Notes under the pieces: model-generated
What the model was told of the DNA's origin: nothing
Database searches by the model: none
What the model saw: only the letters and a program-made list of their open reading frames with translations
From: Candidatus Aenigmatarchaeota archaeon
GTDB taxonomy: Archaea > Aenigmatarchaeota > Aenigmatarchaeia > CG10238-14 > SCSR01
DNA length: 64,000 nt
Direction: 5' to 3'
NCBI GenBank assembly: GCA_016213525.1
Contig: JACRAE010000005.1
Location: 17,405-81,404, forward strand
In this document: piece by piece, positions 29,883-39,516 of the stretch
Position numbering within the stretch: position 1 is the stretch's first letter
Layout: each line of letters opens with the position of its first letter
Made by a program: the position numbers and the translations under genes

Positions 29883-31727
29883 TTGACCGGGCGCGGAAGT
29901 TACGACATAGGAATCACGAGCGGCTGGTATGGGATTGCCAAGTCCTCGGATTTACTCGGTCTGGCACAGAAGATATCCGCCGCCACAACCAGCGGCGCCA
30001 ACTTCGTGCAGGTGGACTTTGAGAACACCGCGGAGTTCGTCGAGCCCGACGTCATCGACAGGCTGCGCCAGACCATGCAGAGCCTGCAGCTTTTCTGGGG
30101 CGCGCACGGCGAGATAGGCGAGACGATGGCATGGGAAAGCTCTATTGACGTTCACTGGAAACAGTCCCACAGGAGGCTCCATCAATACTTGGACGGACTC
30201 TATGATTATTTTGTAATGGGTAAGGATACTAGGAATCCAGGGGACAAGAGCCAGTACTTCAAATTTAGGCCGTACTACCTCAACTTCCATGCTTCCAACT
30301 CGCACCCTCTCGGTCTCTTTGTCGAGAAGTTCAGATACAGCGGCCACATACAGGCGTGTATAGACGGCAGCGACAGCTGGGAGGATTTCCTGAACAAGCC
30401 GTACAACGTGGAGCTGAAAAAATGGTTCCAAAGGAACGTCCTGTACCACATCTACGCCAGGGAAACGGGGAGACTCTACCTGAACGAGGAAGAGGTGATA
30501 GACGCCATGGTAAGATCCTTCCTCGGGAAGAGGCAGTCTTCTGGCGGCAAGCAGAGCGAAGAGGAGACGAAAAAAGAATATGCTGAATTTATGGCCGCGT
30601 TCAAGGAACCGTCCAAGGACGAGAATAAGCAACAGGAGATATTCAATTCTGCCTTTGAAGACTGGCTGACGATGTCTGCGCTGAGGAGGGTGAGGGGGAT
30701 GATAATCGAGGAGGAGTGGGCGTACGCGCTGATTGCTAAGTATCTAGAATTCAGGAGGGGCGACTCGGACGAGCCGTTGTGGAACATGTTCTTCGGAAGT
30801 AAGAAAATGGAGGACTTGGAAAAAGAATGGAGCACGAAGGACAAGGAGATAAAGCTTTTCGACAAGAAGAAGGGTCTGGTAAACCTTTTCCCGGAGATTA
30901 TTGCGATGGTGGCCACTAGATACATCATAGGTCACTTCAAGGAGAAGGCGTCGCCCGAGATGATCCAAGACAAGAAGCTCGAGCTCGCGAGGAAGAAGAA
31001 GGAGTGGGACCCGTTCTACGAGAAGACCGCCCTCGAGAAGCTGAACGAAGTCAAGGTCGTCATAACTTTCGAGACACCGGATGTGCTTGAGAACCAGAGG
31101 GAGGGACTTCAGAGGATAATCCATGCGAGGCACATCCATCTGATGGTGAAGGCGTTCAACCATCCGTACATCAAGGGATGGATAGACGCGGAGCACTACC
31201 TGCACAACGGGTTCGACCCCATAGATGAGATAAGATCCTGTCCGGACGGTTCTTTAGAGGACTTCACGGGGTTCCATGTAGGGTCGCCGAAGCCGTACGC
31301 GCCCGGCCACGACCTGATAGACGTGGGGAGCGAGGGCCAGAGGTGGATCTACGTGTACGCGTACGAGATGAGGAAGAAGGGGTTCGGCATGAAGGACAGG
31401 GGCCTGATAATTTTCGAGAGGGGCGGGGGAAGGGGAGGAGGCAACATGCCCGTACATTATCTTGGCCAGTCTGTCACGTCGATAAGGCTAATCATAGACG
31501 AGCTGAAGAAGGACACGGAGCCGAACAAGCTACCGCTGGCGTTCTTCGGCGTGTCGTCCGACGGGTTCCAGTCGATGGAGAGGCAGACCGCTATAATGAA
31601 GGAGCACTACTGGGACCCGCTCAAGGGCATGCTCTCCGTCCCGGAGGAGGAGTACACGTTCTTCGGCAAGGCAGCACTGGACAAGGGAAAGAAGCCCGAG
31701 GAGTGGAAGAAGGAAGAGCTACGCTGA
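29883..31727 (+). CDS. TIM-barrel protein, xylose isomerase/AP endonuclease 2-like, with large insertions
   Basis: Metal-ligand-like motifs GAHG, NFHAS, TFE, IDAEH, GFH, GHD, IFERGG; GAGGTGA SD before TTG. Confidence 0.7.
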   Translation: MTGRGSYDIGITSGWYGIAKSSDLLGLAQKISAATTSGANFVQVDFENTAEFVEPDVIDRLRQTMQSLQLFWGAHGEIGETMAWESSIDVHWKQSHRRLHQYLDGLYDYFVMGKDTRNPGDKSQYFKFRPYYLNFHASNSHPLGLFVEKFRYSGHIQACIDGSDSWEDFLNKPYNVELKKWFQRNVLYHIYARETGRLYLNEEEVIDAMVRSFLGKRQSSGGKQSEEETKKEYAEFMAAFKEPSKDENKQQEIFNSAFEDWLTMSALRRVRGMIIEEEWAYALIAKYLEFRRGDSDEPLWNMFFGSKKMEDLEKEWSTKDKEIKLFDKKKGLVNLFPEIIAMVATRYIIGHFKEKASPEMIQDKKLELARKKKEWDPFYEKTALEKLNEVKVVITFETPDVLENQREGLQRIIHARHIHLMVKAFNHPYIKGWIDAEHYLHNGFDPIDEIRSCPDGSLEDFTGFHVGSPKPYAPGHDLIDVGSEGQRWIYVYAYEMRKKGFGMKDRGLIIFERGGGRGGGNMPVHYLGQSVTSIRLIIDELKKDTEPNKLPLAFFGVSSDGFQSMERQTAIMKEHYWDPLKGMLSVPEEEYTFFGKAALDKGKKPEEWKKEELR

Positions 31728-32432
31728 CTTCTTCAGGAAAGAGTCCGCCATCTGTATCTCGTCCTGGTCCCTGGGGTCCATCCAGAAGCCTTCCGCTATC
31801 TGGAACCCAAAATCAAATCCTTCGTCGATGAGAATCTGTATGGAGTCCGTGAGCTCGTACTCCCCCCTCACGGAGAGCTTCGTCTCCTCTATCGCCCTGA
31901 ATATCTCCCTCGGCAGGACGAAAAGCCCGGTGAGGGCGAGGTTGCTCGGAGGCACCTCGGGCTTCTCTATTATTTTCTTGACGTGAAATCCGTCGACCTG
32001 CATTATACCGTACTTGCTCGGATTGGCAACGGTCTTTCCGCAGAGGACCCCGTCGAAGTGCTCGGACTTCTTGAGTATAGCGTCGAGTATCTTCTTGTCA
32101 AAGATATTGTCCCCGTAGATGAGGACGAAGCTCTTCTCCGATATCTTGTCCCTGACGCATCTGACGGCATCGGCCGTGCCGCCCTTCGGGTTCTCCTGGT
32201 GAACGTACTCCATCCTCACGCCGAATTCGGAGCCGTCGCCGAAGAACTCCATTATCTGCTCCTTCATGTAGTTGACGACAATGACTATGTCCTTCAGGTC
32301 CTTGTCCCGGAGTACCTCGACCGTCCTCTGGAGGAGCGGCTTCTCCGAGTACTTTACCATGGTCTTCTGGTTCTCGCCGATTGCGGGTCTGAGCCTGGTG
32401 CCCATCCCTGCGGCTAGTATGACGGCCTTCAT
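31719..32432 (-). CDS. sugar-phosphate nucleotidyltransferase
   Basis: ILAAGMGTRLRP, GTADA, YGDN, IIEKP, RGEYELTD. Confidence 0.92.
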   Translation of the reverse strand: MKAVILAAGMGTRLRPAIGENQKTMVKYSEKPLLQRTVEVLRDKDLKDIVIVVNYMKEQIMEFFGDGSEFGVRMEYVHQENPKGGTADAVRCVRDKISEKSFVLIYGDNIFDKKILDAILKKSEHFDGVLCGKTVANPSKYGIMQVDGFHVKKIIEKPEVPPSNLALTGLFVLPREIFRAIEETKLSVRGEYELTDSIQILIDEGFDFGFQIAEGFWMDPRDQDEIQMADSFLKKSA

Positions 32433-32521
32433 TTGCATCTTAATCTAATGTCGGAGGGAGCTTTATAATTCTTTCCAGAAACCGGTCAAACACTTAAGAG
32501 CCGAGACCATCAAGTGATAAT

Positions 32522-33379
32522 ATGGCTTTTGACAAGCTGCAGGAAGAGCTCGCGGACACGCATCTCGCGAAGAAGCAGCCCAAGGCGGAGGAAGGAATGA
32601 ACAAAGAGGAGGTAATCGAGAGGGTCGTCAAGTTCACAAACGAGGCCAGGAAGCACTACGGCGACATGATAAAATCGGTCCTTATTTTCGGCTCCATAGT
32701 GAGGGGCGACGCAGTGAAGACAAGCGACGCGGACGTATGGGTAATTTTGGACGACACGGCGACGAAAGGAACGGACGACATAGACAAGGTGCAGTCGCAC
32801 CTGTTTCTCATAGCGCACGAGCTGAAGGACGTGCACGTCCAGACCACGCCTCTGACGGAGTTTTGGCATTGGATTAAGACCGGGTCGCCCGAGCTCGTCA
32901 ACTTCCTGAGGTACGGCCTCCCGATATACGACAGCGGCTTCATCAAGCCGGTGCAGAGGATGCTAGCGATGGGCCTGCTGCCGCCGAGCGAGGAGACGAT
33001 AAGCATACGCGCGCGCGCCGCCGAGGCAAGGCACAGGAAGGTGAAGCTCGACATGAAGTCGATGGTGTTCGAGCTGAGGTATTGCGCGAGCGACATCATA
33101 CAGGCCACGGTGATGCACCACTACAAGGCGCAGCCGGACCTCAAGGACATACCGAAGTTCCTGGAGAAGCTGGTTCAGGAGGGTAAGCTTGAGGCCGAGT
33201 GGGTCGAGAACTTCCAGAAGATGAACAAGATGTGGAAGGACATAGACCACAAGGTCGTCAAGGACGTCGACTCCGCATACCTTGAGGGAGCGCTCGTCCT
33301 GTCGAGGCGCATCATAGACAGGTTTAAGAAGCTCATCCCGAAAGAAGTCCTAGGAGAAGAGCTGCCGGAGGAAGATTAG
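32522..33379 (+). CDS. minimal nucleotidyltransferase (Pol beta) + HEPN-like domain protein
   Basis: FGSIVRG...SDADV motif; helical C-terminal domain. Confidence 0.8.
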   Translation: MAFDKLQEELADTHLAKKQPKAEEGMNKEEVIERVVKFTNEARKHYGDMIKSVLIFGSIVRGDAVKTSDADVWVILDDTATKGTDDIDKVQSHLFLIAHELKDVHVQTTPLTEFWHWIKTGSPELVNFLRYGLPIYDSGFIKPVQRMLAMGLLPPSEETISIRARAAEARHRKVKLDMKSMVFELRYCASDIIQATVMHHYKAQPDLKDIPKFLEKLVQEGKLEAEWVENFQKMNKMWKDIDHKVVKDVDSAYLEGALVLSRRIIDRFKKLIPKEVLGEELPEED

Positions 33380-33380
33380 A

Positions 33381-33515
33381 ATGGAGTATGTGGGAAAAAT
33401 AAGCAAGGCCATAGCCGCGAGCTGTCACGGCAGGAGCATGTCAGTTTTCTATCTGGGAAACAATGTTTTTTCTCTGGGAAAGATCTACAAAGAAAGCGTC
33501 TACAAGAACAAGTGA
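33381..33515 (+). CDS. putative 44-aa microprotein
   Basis: ATG 1 nt after upstream stop; fills the gap between the two MNT genes. Confidence 0.45.
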   Translation: MEYVGKISKAIAASCHGRSMSVFYLGNNVFSLGKIYKESVYKNK

Positions 33516-33521
33516 TTACAG

Positions 33522-34727
33522 TTGACAGAAAACCAGAACGAGGCCAGACCCGCGGCTCAGGGCCCTAAGAACAAGGAGGAGAGGGCGGCCATAGCGGAGG
33601 CCTTCGCCAAGGAGGTTTTGAAGAAGTACGGGAAGTACGTCAAGGCCGTCGTGATGATGGGGTCCGTCGCCAGGCAGGAGTTCAAGCCGCTGAGCGACAT
33701 AGACGTCTTCGTCGTCATAGACGACACGGCCATGGACTTCAACCCGGAGATGAAGGAGAAGATAGACGAGGAGCTCGAGCAGATTGCGGACAACGTCCCA
33801 GGCTCCGTCGTTGTGACGAAGAACTCACAGGGAGAGGAGGACAAGACGAACTTGTTGTCGGTCCAGCCGACATACACGCTCACCGAGTTCTGGGACTACG
33901 CGAGGGTCGCGCACCCGATAATATACAACTTCATCAAGGAGGGCGTGCCGATCTACGACACGGGGTTCTTCGAGCCGATAAAGAGGCTCCTCGAAATGGG
34001 CAGGATACCGTCCACGAGGGAGGCCATAGAGAGCTACATGGAAGGAGCGCCCAAGAAGATAATGCGCGCGAAGACGGTGAAGCTGCTCATGCTCGCCGAG
34101 GATTCCTATTATGCGATGCTCAACACGTCTCAGGCCGTGCTGATGTTCATGGGTCTGGAGCCGCCGGTGCCGAACAAGGCGTACGAGGAGGTGAAGAGGT
34201 ACCTAGTGGAGCCAGGGATACTCGAGCCGGAGTACGGCGAGTGGCTCAGGGAGATAATCGAGATTAGGAAGAAGATAGAGCACAAGGAATTGATGGAGGT
34301 ATCCGGATCGTTCGTGGACGAGTGGCTCGACAGGGCGGAGAAGTACACCGACAAGATGTTCAGCCTCCTGAACGCGCTCGAGATGAGGAAGAAGGAGAAG
34401 ATTCTCGAGAGGACCCAGGAGGTTCTGCAGAAGGCCGCGATTACCGCGCTCAAGACGCTGCACAAGATGCCGGAGGAGGCGGAGGCGGCCGAGGTCATGA
34501 GGAAGATCGACATGCCGCTGAGGGACGCCTTCAAGAAGGAGTTCATAGACACGAGGAAGGTCGATCCTTACTATTGGGACATATGGAACAGGATAGACGA
34601 GATGAAGAAGATGTCCGACGACAAGAAGCTCGACAAGATATCCGAGAAGGAAGTCAACGACATGCGCGAGTATGTGAGGAAGCTCATACACGAGCTCGCA
34701 AAGAATCTGAAGACGGACGAAGAGTAG
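33522..34727 (+). CDS. minimal nucleotidyltransferase + HEPN-like domain protein
   Basis: MGSVAR...SDIDV; YYAM..SQAVL; RKKIEH (R-x4-H). Confidence 0.8.
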   Translation: MTENQNEARPAAQGPKNKEERAAIAEAFAKEVLKKYGKYVKAVVMMGSVARQEFKPLSDIDVFVVIDDTAMDFNPEMKEKIDEELEQIADNVPGSVVVTKNSQGEEDKTNLLSVQPTYTLTEFWDYARVAHPIIYNFIKEGVPIYDTGFFEPIKRLLEMGRIPSTREAIESYMEGAPKKIMRAKTVKLLMLAEDSYYAMLNTSQAVLMFMGLEPPVPNKAYEEVKRYLVEPGILEPEYGEWLREIIEIRKKIEHKELMEVSGSFVDEWLDRAEKYTDKMFSLLNALEMRKKEKILERTQEVLQKAAITALKTLHKMPEEAEAAEVMRKIDMPLRDAFKKEFIDTRKVDPYYWDIWNRIDEMKKMSDDKKLDKISEKEVNDMREYVRKLIHELAKNLKTDEE

Positions 34728-34735
34728 TTTTTGTT

Positions 34736-35608
34736 ATGTCCCTGAAGATAGTGGCCCTGGGCTGCATACATGGAGTGCTCAAGAAGAGCGTCGTCGAGGC
34801 AATCAAGAGGGAGGGACCGGAAGCCATATTGGTGTCAGGGGACTTCACAGGCAGCGTCCACGACGACGAGGTGAGGAAGTATGAGAAGGACCTAGTCGAG
34901 AATTTCGGGCCCATATCCCAGTTCTGGCCGCTGAGGGTGCAGATAGACTCCGAGAAGAAGTTCGCGAGGTGGGGCAGGATAGCAGCCGAGAACACCGCCA
35001 AGGTTTTCAACGACCTGGACAAACTGGGAATACCGCTCTATTACGTGCACGGCAACTGGGACTCGGTGTCCACCGACGGCAGGGGCATGTTAGAGAACTC
35101 GGGCGACTTCTTCATAGACCAGGTCGAGGGGAAGAACCTGAAGTTCATACACGAGAAGGTCGTAAAGGTCGGTGGCTTCAGCGTCATAGGATTCGGCGGC
35201 TATCGCGGCAGCTCGGCTAAGGAGTACCTGATTGGAGACCTCCCAGAGGACGATCCGAACATGGAGGGGATAAGGCAGGTCAGGGAAGACATGAGGCGCA
35301 GGATGGAGAGGCTGTTCGGAAAGATCAAGGACCCGAGCAGGGCCATACTTCTGACGCACGATCCTCCGTACAAGCTGCACGACTACCTGGAGGCGGCGAA
35401 GAAGAACTACGGCGAGAAGGTCACGCGCGAGGTCATAGAGAAGTACGAGCCGGCGGTGTGCGTCTGCTCACATTTCCACGAGCACCAGGGTCTGGGAAAA
35501 ATAAAGAAGACTCTGGTCGTGAACAGCGGATACGGGAGGGAGGGGCAGTTCACCCTCATCGAGGCCGACGCCAGCGGCAGAGTCAGCGTGACTTTGAAGA
35601 AAGTCTGA
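34736..35608 (+). CDS. calcineurin-like metallophosphoesterase
   Basis: GCIHG, GDF, GNWD, THDPP, CSHFHE. Confidence 0.85.
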   Translation: MSLKIVALGCIHGVLKKSVVEAIKREGPEAILVSGDFTGSVHDDEVRKYEKDLVENFGPISQFWPLRVQIDSEKKFARWGRIAAENTAKVFNDLDKLGIPLYYVHGNWDSVSTDGRGMLENSGDFFIDQVEGKNLKFIHEKVVKVGGFSVIGFGGYRGSSAKEYLIGDLPEDDPNMEGIRQVREDMRRRMERLFGKIKDPSRAILLTHDPPYKLHDYLEAAKKNYGEKVTREVIEKYEPAVCVCSHFHEHQGLGKIKKTLVVNSGYGREGQFTLIEADASGRVSVTLKKV

Positions 35609-35614
35609 CCGCGG

Positions 35615-35908
35615 CTAGTATATTCCCCTGAAGACGTTCGTCGCCCCCTTCTGGGCGAGATAGAGCAGGAATATGACGGTCACAAGATTCACCGTAAACG
35701 CGTCGAAGGACATCAGCAGGAAATAGAGGCCGCAGACGGAGTCGAGGGCGCTGACGACGCTGTTCTTCATCACGGCGGATATTGCGCCCTTTGAGATTAG
35801 ATACAACGAGAGCAGCACGCTGACGCCCATGGACGAGACATCCAGATAGAGGTCGAGAGCGAAAACAACCGCAATCAGAATGTAAACGACGCCGAAGACA
35901 AGCCTCAT
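35615..35908 (-). CDS. hypothetical membrane protein
   Basis: 97-aa hydrophobic ORF. Confidence 0.7.
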   Translation of the reverse strand: MRLVFGVVYILIAVVFALDLYLDVSSMGVSVLLSLYLISKGAISAVMKNSVVSALDSVCGLYFLLMSFDAFTVNLVTVIFLLYLAQKGATNVFRGIY

Positions 35909-35920
35909 ATTTCCACACCG

Positions 35921-36472
35921 TCAGATGCCCAGCATGCCCTCTGGGCCCCACGTCCTCTCCTTGACGCCGAGCTTCTCGTTGCAGTATCTGGCCATGATGA
36001 ACAGGAGGTCGGACAGCCTGTTGACGTACCTCAATATCTCCGGGTTCACGTACTCGCTCTTGGAGAGGGACACTAGCCTCCTCTCGGCCCTCCGTGCAAC
36101 CGTCCTTGCAACATGCAGGGCAGAGGACACGTTGCTGCCCCCGGGAAGGACGAACTTTCTTATGGGAGTCAGATGGGACTCGACATCGTCCGACGACTTC
36201 TCCAGCCACAGTACGTCGTCTGCCTTGATTCTGGACTCGCTGCCCTTCGCTGTCACGGTGGCGAGCTCGGCTCCGATTGAGAAGAGGTCGTTCTGCACCC
36301 TGTCTAAAATTACGTTTACCTTCTCCTGGGTGGAAACGGACTGGGCCATTCCAATGAAGCTGCTAAGCTCGTCTATCGTGCCGTAAGCCTCGACGCGCGG
36401 GTCGTTCTTCGAGACGGCACCTCCCACGAGAGAAGTCTCGCCCTTGTCACCGTTGTGGACCTTCTTCATCAT
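35921..36472 (-). CDS. pduO: PduO-type cob(I)alamin adenosyltransferase
   Basis: GDKGET, EAYGTIDEL, FVLPGG, RTVARRAER, NRLSD. Confidence 0.92.
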   Translation of the reverse strand: MMKKVHNGDKGETSLVGGAVSKNDPRVEAYGTIDELSSFIGMAQSVSTQEKVNVILDRVQNDLFSIGAELATVTAKGSESRIKADDVLWLEKSSDDVESHLTPIRKFVLPGGSNVSSALHVARTVARRAERRLVSLSKSEYVNPEILRYVNRLSDLLFIMARYCNEKLGVKERTWGPEGMLGI

Positions 36473-36509
36473 TGTATATTGAGCCGGTAGAAATAAATTC
36501 GAGTCCGAA

Positions 36510-37538
36510 TCACTCGCCGTTCGTCTTCTTCTCGACCTCTTCCTCTATGCCGAGCTTTTCGATGAGTTCCTTGTACCTGTTCCTTATGGTGACCTCCGTG
36601 ACCCCGACTATGTCAGCTACTTCCCTCTGGGTTCTCTTCTCTCCTATGAGGACGGTCGCGATGTAGATCGCGGCAGCAGCGACGCCGGTCGGCCCCTTGC
36701 CGCTCGTGACGTCGTACTTCTCCGCCTTCTTCAAAATCTCGACGGACTTAGCCTGGACCTTGTCCGACAGACCGAGCATGGAGCAGAACCTCGGTATGAA
36801 CGTAACGGGGTTCGCGGGCAGTATCCTCACGTGGAGCTCCCTCGCGATGTACCTGTACGTCCTTCCAATCTCCCTCTTCTCCACACCAGATGCCTCGGAT
36901 ATCTCGTCAAGCGTCCTAGGCGAGTCGAACTCGCGCGACACGGCGTACGTCAGGGCGGCCACCACAGACTCGATGGACCTTCCCCTGACGAGGCCCTTGT
37001 TCACGGCCTCCTCATAATAACGAGCAATCCTCTCGTGGATCGGCCTGGGCAGATTCAGGAACGAGACTATCCTCTGCAGTTCCGAGAGCGCAAACGACAG
37101 GTTCCTGTCCTTGGACTTGATGAGCCTCTTGTGCCATTTGGTGAGCCTGTAGTACTGGGCCCTCTTCCTGGCGTGCACCTTGTATAGCTCGCCGAGCCCC
37201 TTGCCTATCTCGGTCGTCAGACCCTTGTCATGCTTCGTGAAGGTCAGAGGCGCACCGCTCCTGGCCCTCCTCGACATCTGCTCGGAGTCGAATGCCCTCC
37301 ACTCCTGACCCGTATCAATAATATCCTGCTGCATTACTAGGCCGCACTTCGAGCACACCAGCTCACCCCTAGTCGAGTCCTCGGTGAAGTTTGTGTTCTT
37401 GCAGTCCGGGCATATCCTGCCCTTCTTTGCGACGGGCTTCGCCTCTTTGGAGGTCTTCGAGCCCCTCGGGCTCTTCATAACTTTTACGCTTCTCACGCCC
37501 TTCGAGCTCTTTGCGGTCTTTGTTGCCATTTTCATCAC
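36510..37538 (-). CDS. tfb: transcription initiation factor IIB
   Basis: Zn ribbon CPDC/CSKCG, EWRAF, two cyclin folds, GVTEVTIRNRYKE. Confidence 0.96.
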   Translation of the reverse strand: MMKMATKTAKSSKGVRSVKVMKSPRGSKTSKEAKPVAKKGRICPDCKNTNFTEDSTRGELVCSKCGLVMQQDIIDTGQEWRAFDSEQMSRRARSGAPLTFTKHDKGLTTEIGKGLGELYKVHARKRAQYYRLTKWHKRLIKSKDRNLSFALSELQRIVSFLNLPRPIHERIARYYEEAVNKGLVRGRSIESVVAALTYAVSREFDSPRTLDEISEASGVEKREIGRTYRYIARELHVRILPANPVTFIPRFCSMLGLSDKVQAKSVEILKKAEKYDVTSGKGPTGVAAAAIYIATVLIGEKRTQREVADIVGVTEVTIRNRYKELIEKLGIEEEVEKKTNGE

Positions 37539-37733
37539 TGTCTATCGGACGAGAGTCCACAAGACTTAAGAAAGTATGAGCCGATAAGCATTTAAAGCTT
37601 TTCGGGCGGCAGAAAATCTTTCCTTCAAGCAAAGAATCTGTTGGCTGAGGGCCGATTTTCTCGGTCTGTCTCAGTTTCGTCCCCCATCCGGGGGGCAAAA
37701 AAATTATTTAAATGACACTTTCGATATCTTTCT

Positions 37734-37937
37734 ATGGTCAAAGATTTCCCGCTGTCTCCTCTGGAGAAGGTTGCGAGGAAAGCAGGCGCGGAGAGGGTGT
37801 CCGCCTCCGCCTTGAGGGAGATGAGGGTCGCACTTTTGGAGATGTCCGACAAGGTAGCGACGGAGGCCGTGGCGGCATGCCGCCACGCGAAGCGCGTGAC
37901 CGTCAAGAGAGAGGACATAAAGATGGCAGCGAGATGA
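37734..37937 (+). CDS. archaeal histone
   Basis: PLSPLEKVARKAGAERVS...HAKRVTVKREDI. Confidence 0.93.
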   Translation: MVKDFPLSPLEKVARKAGAERVSASALREMRVALLEMSDKVATEAVAACRHAKRVTVKREDIKMAAR

Positions 37938-37941
37938 AAAA

Positions 37942-38337
37942 ATGGCAGACAAAACGACAGTGGGGATAAGTCAGCTCAAGGAAGGGAGCTTCGTTATACT
38001 AGACGACGTGCCGTGCCGTGTCGACAAGATAAACATATCGACCTCGGGCAAGCACGGCCACGCCAAGGTGAGGCTGGACGCGAGAGGGCTCCTAGATGGG
38101 GTGACGAAGAGCATAATCAAGCCTTCGCACGACACGGTCAGCGTTCCGATAATCCTGAAGAGGAAGGGCCAGGTCCTAGCGATACTCGGCGACGGCAAGG
38201 CGCAGATAATGGACATGGAGAACTTCGAAGTCCTGGAGATGGAGATACCGGACGACAGGAAGAGCGAGATTGTCCCGGCGGCCGAGATAGAGTACTTTGA
38301 AATTTTGGACATCAAGACGCTGAAGAGGATCAAGTAG
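37942..38337 (+). CDS. eif5a: translation factor aIF-5A
   Basis: SGKHGHAK hypusine motif. Confidence 0.95.
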   Translation: MADKTTVGISQLKEGSFVILDDVPCRVDKINISTSGKHGHAKVRLDARGLLDGVTKSIIKPSHDTVSVPIILKRKGQVLAILGDGKAQIMDMENFEVLEMEIPDDRKSEIVPAAEIEYFEILDIKTLKRIK

Positions 38338-39072
38338 ATGAAAGCGGACCTTTCCGTTGCAGAGAAGTTCTCCGTACCAGTTGCGATAGTCATAGTCGCA
38401 GTTGCAGTCTTCGTCTCCGGCACGGCGTCGTTAGCGGGCATGAAAATAATAACCACCAGCGGCACTTCCGACATGAAGGTCGCCCCCGACGAGATGACCA
38501 TATCCTTAGCAGTTGAGAGCGAGGCCGCGACCGCGAAAGAGTCTCAGCAGGAGAACACCGAGGTGTCGAACCTTGTGATGGCGTTCTTGGCGGATAATCT
38601 GCCTCTGAGCGACTTCCAGACCACACAGTTGACTGTCTACCCCATGACGGAATACGACCCCAGGACTGGCGAGGTGACGCGGACTGGATACAAAACTACG
38701 CACGTGATAACTGTGAAGACGTCGCAGATAGATGATGCAGGTAAGATTATAGATGGTGTCATAGACTCTGGGGCAAACAGGATAGACCAAATATCGTTTT
38801 ACTTGAGCGACGAAAGGGAGAGGGAGGTGAGGTCTCAGATGCTAGACGACGCTGCTGCCCAGGCGAGGAGCAAGGCGCAGTCGATAGCCTCCGGATTGGG
38901 TTCGAGGATAGTCGGGGTGAGGAGCGCCAGCGAGTCCTCGTTCTACGCGGCCCCCTTCTATGCTAGGTCTGAGGCTTTGGTGGCGAAGGACGTCCTTGGC
39001 GGATCGACACAGGTCGCGCAGGGAGAAGTCGAGGTGTCTGCTTCCGTGTCGGCCTCTTTCGACATAGCCTAA
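38338..39072 (+). CDS. SIMPL/DUF541 domain protein
   Basis: N-terminal TM, VAPD, GANRI, ARSKAQSIA. Confidence 0.85.
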   Translation: MKADLSVAEKFSVPVAIVIVAVAVFVSGTASLAGMKIITTSGTSDMKVAPDEMTISLAVESEAATAKESQQENTEVSNLVMAFLADNLPLSDFQTTQLTVYPMTEYDPRTGEVTRTGYKTTHVITVKTSQIDDAGKIIDGVIDSGANRIDQISFYLSDEREREVRSQMLDDAAAQARSKAQSIASGLGSRIVGVRSASESSFYAAPFYARSEALVAKDVLGGSTQVAQGEVEVSASVSASFDIA

Positions 39073-39155
39073 GAAATATCCTGTACCGAGCTATGGGGTG
39101 CCCGAAACGGGCGTCAAAAAGAAAATAAAATAAAATCAAAGAATCGATTGTGTGC

Positions 39156-39425
39156 TTACTTGACCATTCCGCAGTGAGCGGAGCAGCATGCGCACGCCTT
39201 CAACTTCATGACCTTACCGGCACCTATCAACAGTATTCCGACGAAGTAGTAGCCTATCGTCCAGGACAGGCCTGTAGACTCTAAGCTGCCTTGAAGCTGA
39301 AGCTGCGAAACAAATCCTTGTACTACTAGGAAGAGTCCGACCGCCATCACGATGGCAGATACGATCATCCATACAGGATTGCAAGAGCACTTTTCGCCCT
39401 TTTCACTTTTGCCCATTCTTGGCAT
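39156..39425 (-). CDS. small membrane protein with Cys motifs
   Basis: Two TM helices; TATA-like ttatata upstream. Confidence 0.6.
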   Translation of the reverse strand: MPRMGKSEKGEKCSCNPVWMIVSAIVMAVGLFLVVQGFVSQLQLQGSLESTGLSWTIGYYFVGILLIGAGKVMKLKACACCSAHCGMVK

Positions 39426-39516
39426 GAGAATAATTCGGGAACGGCGTATATAAGTTTTCGGAGAGGTTTTGTGAGTTTGTTTTATCTTCAGCCGCGAGAG
39501 ATAGCTATAACATACC

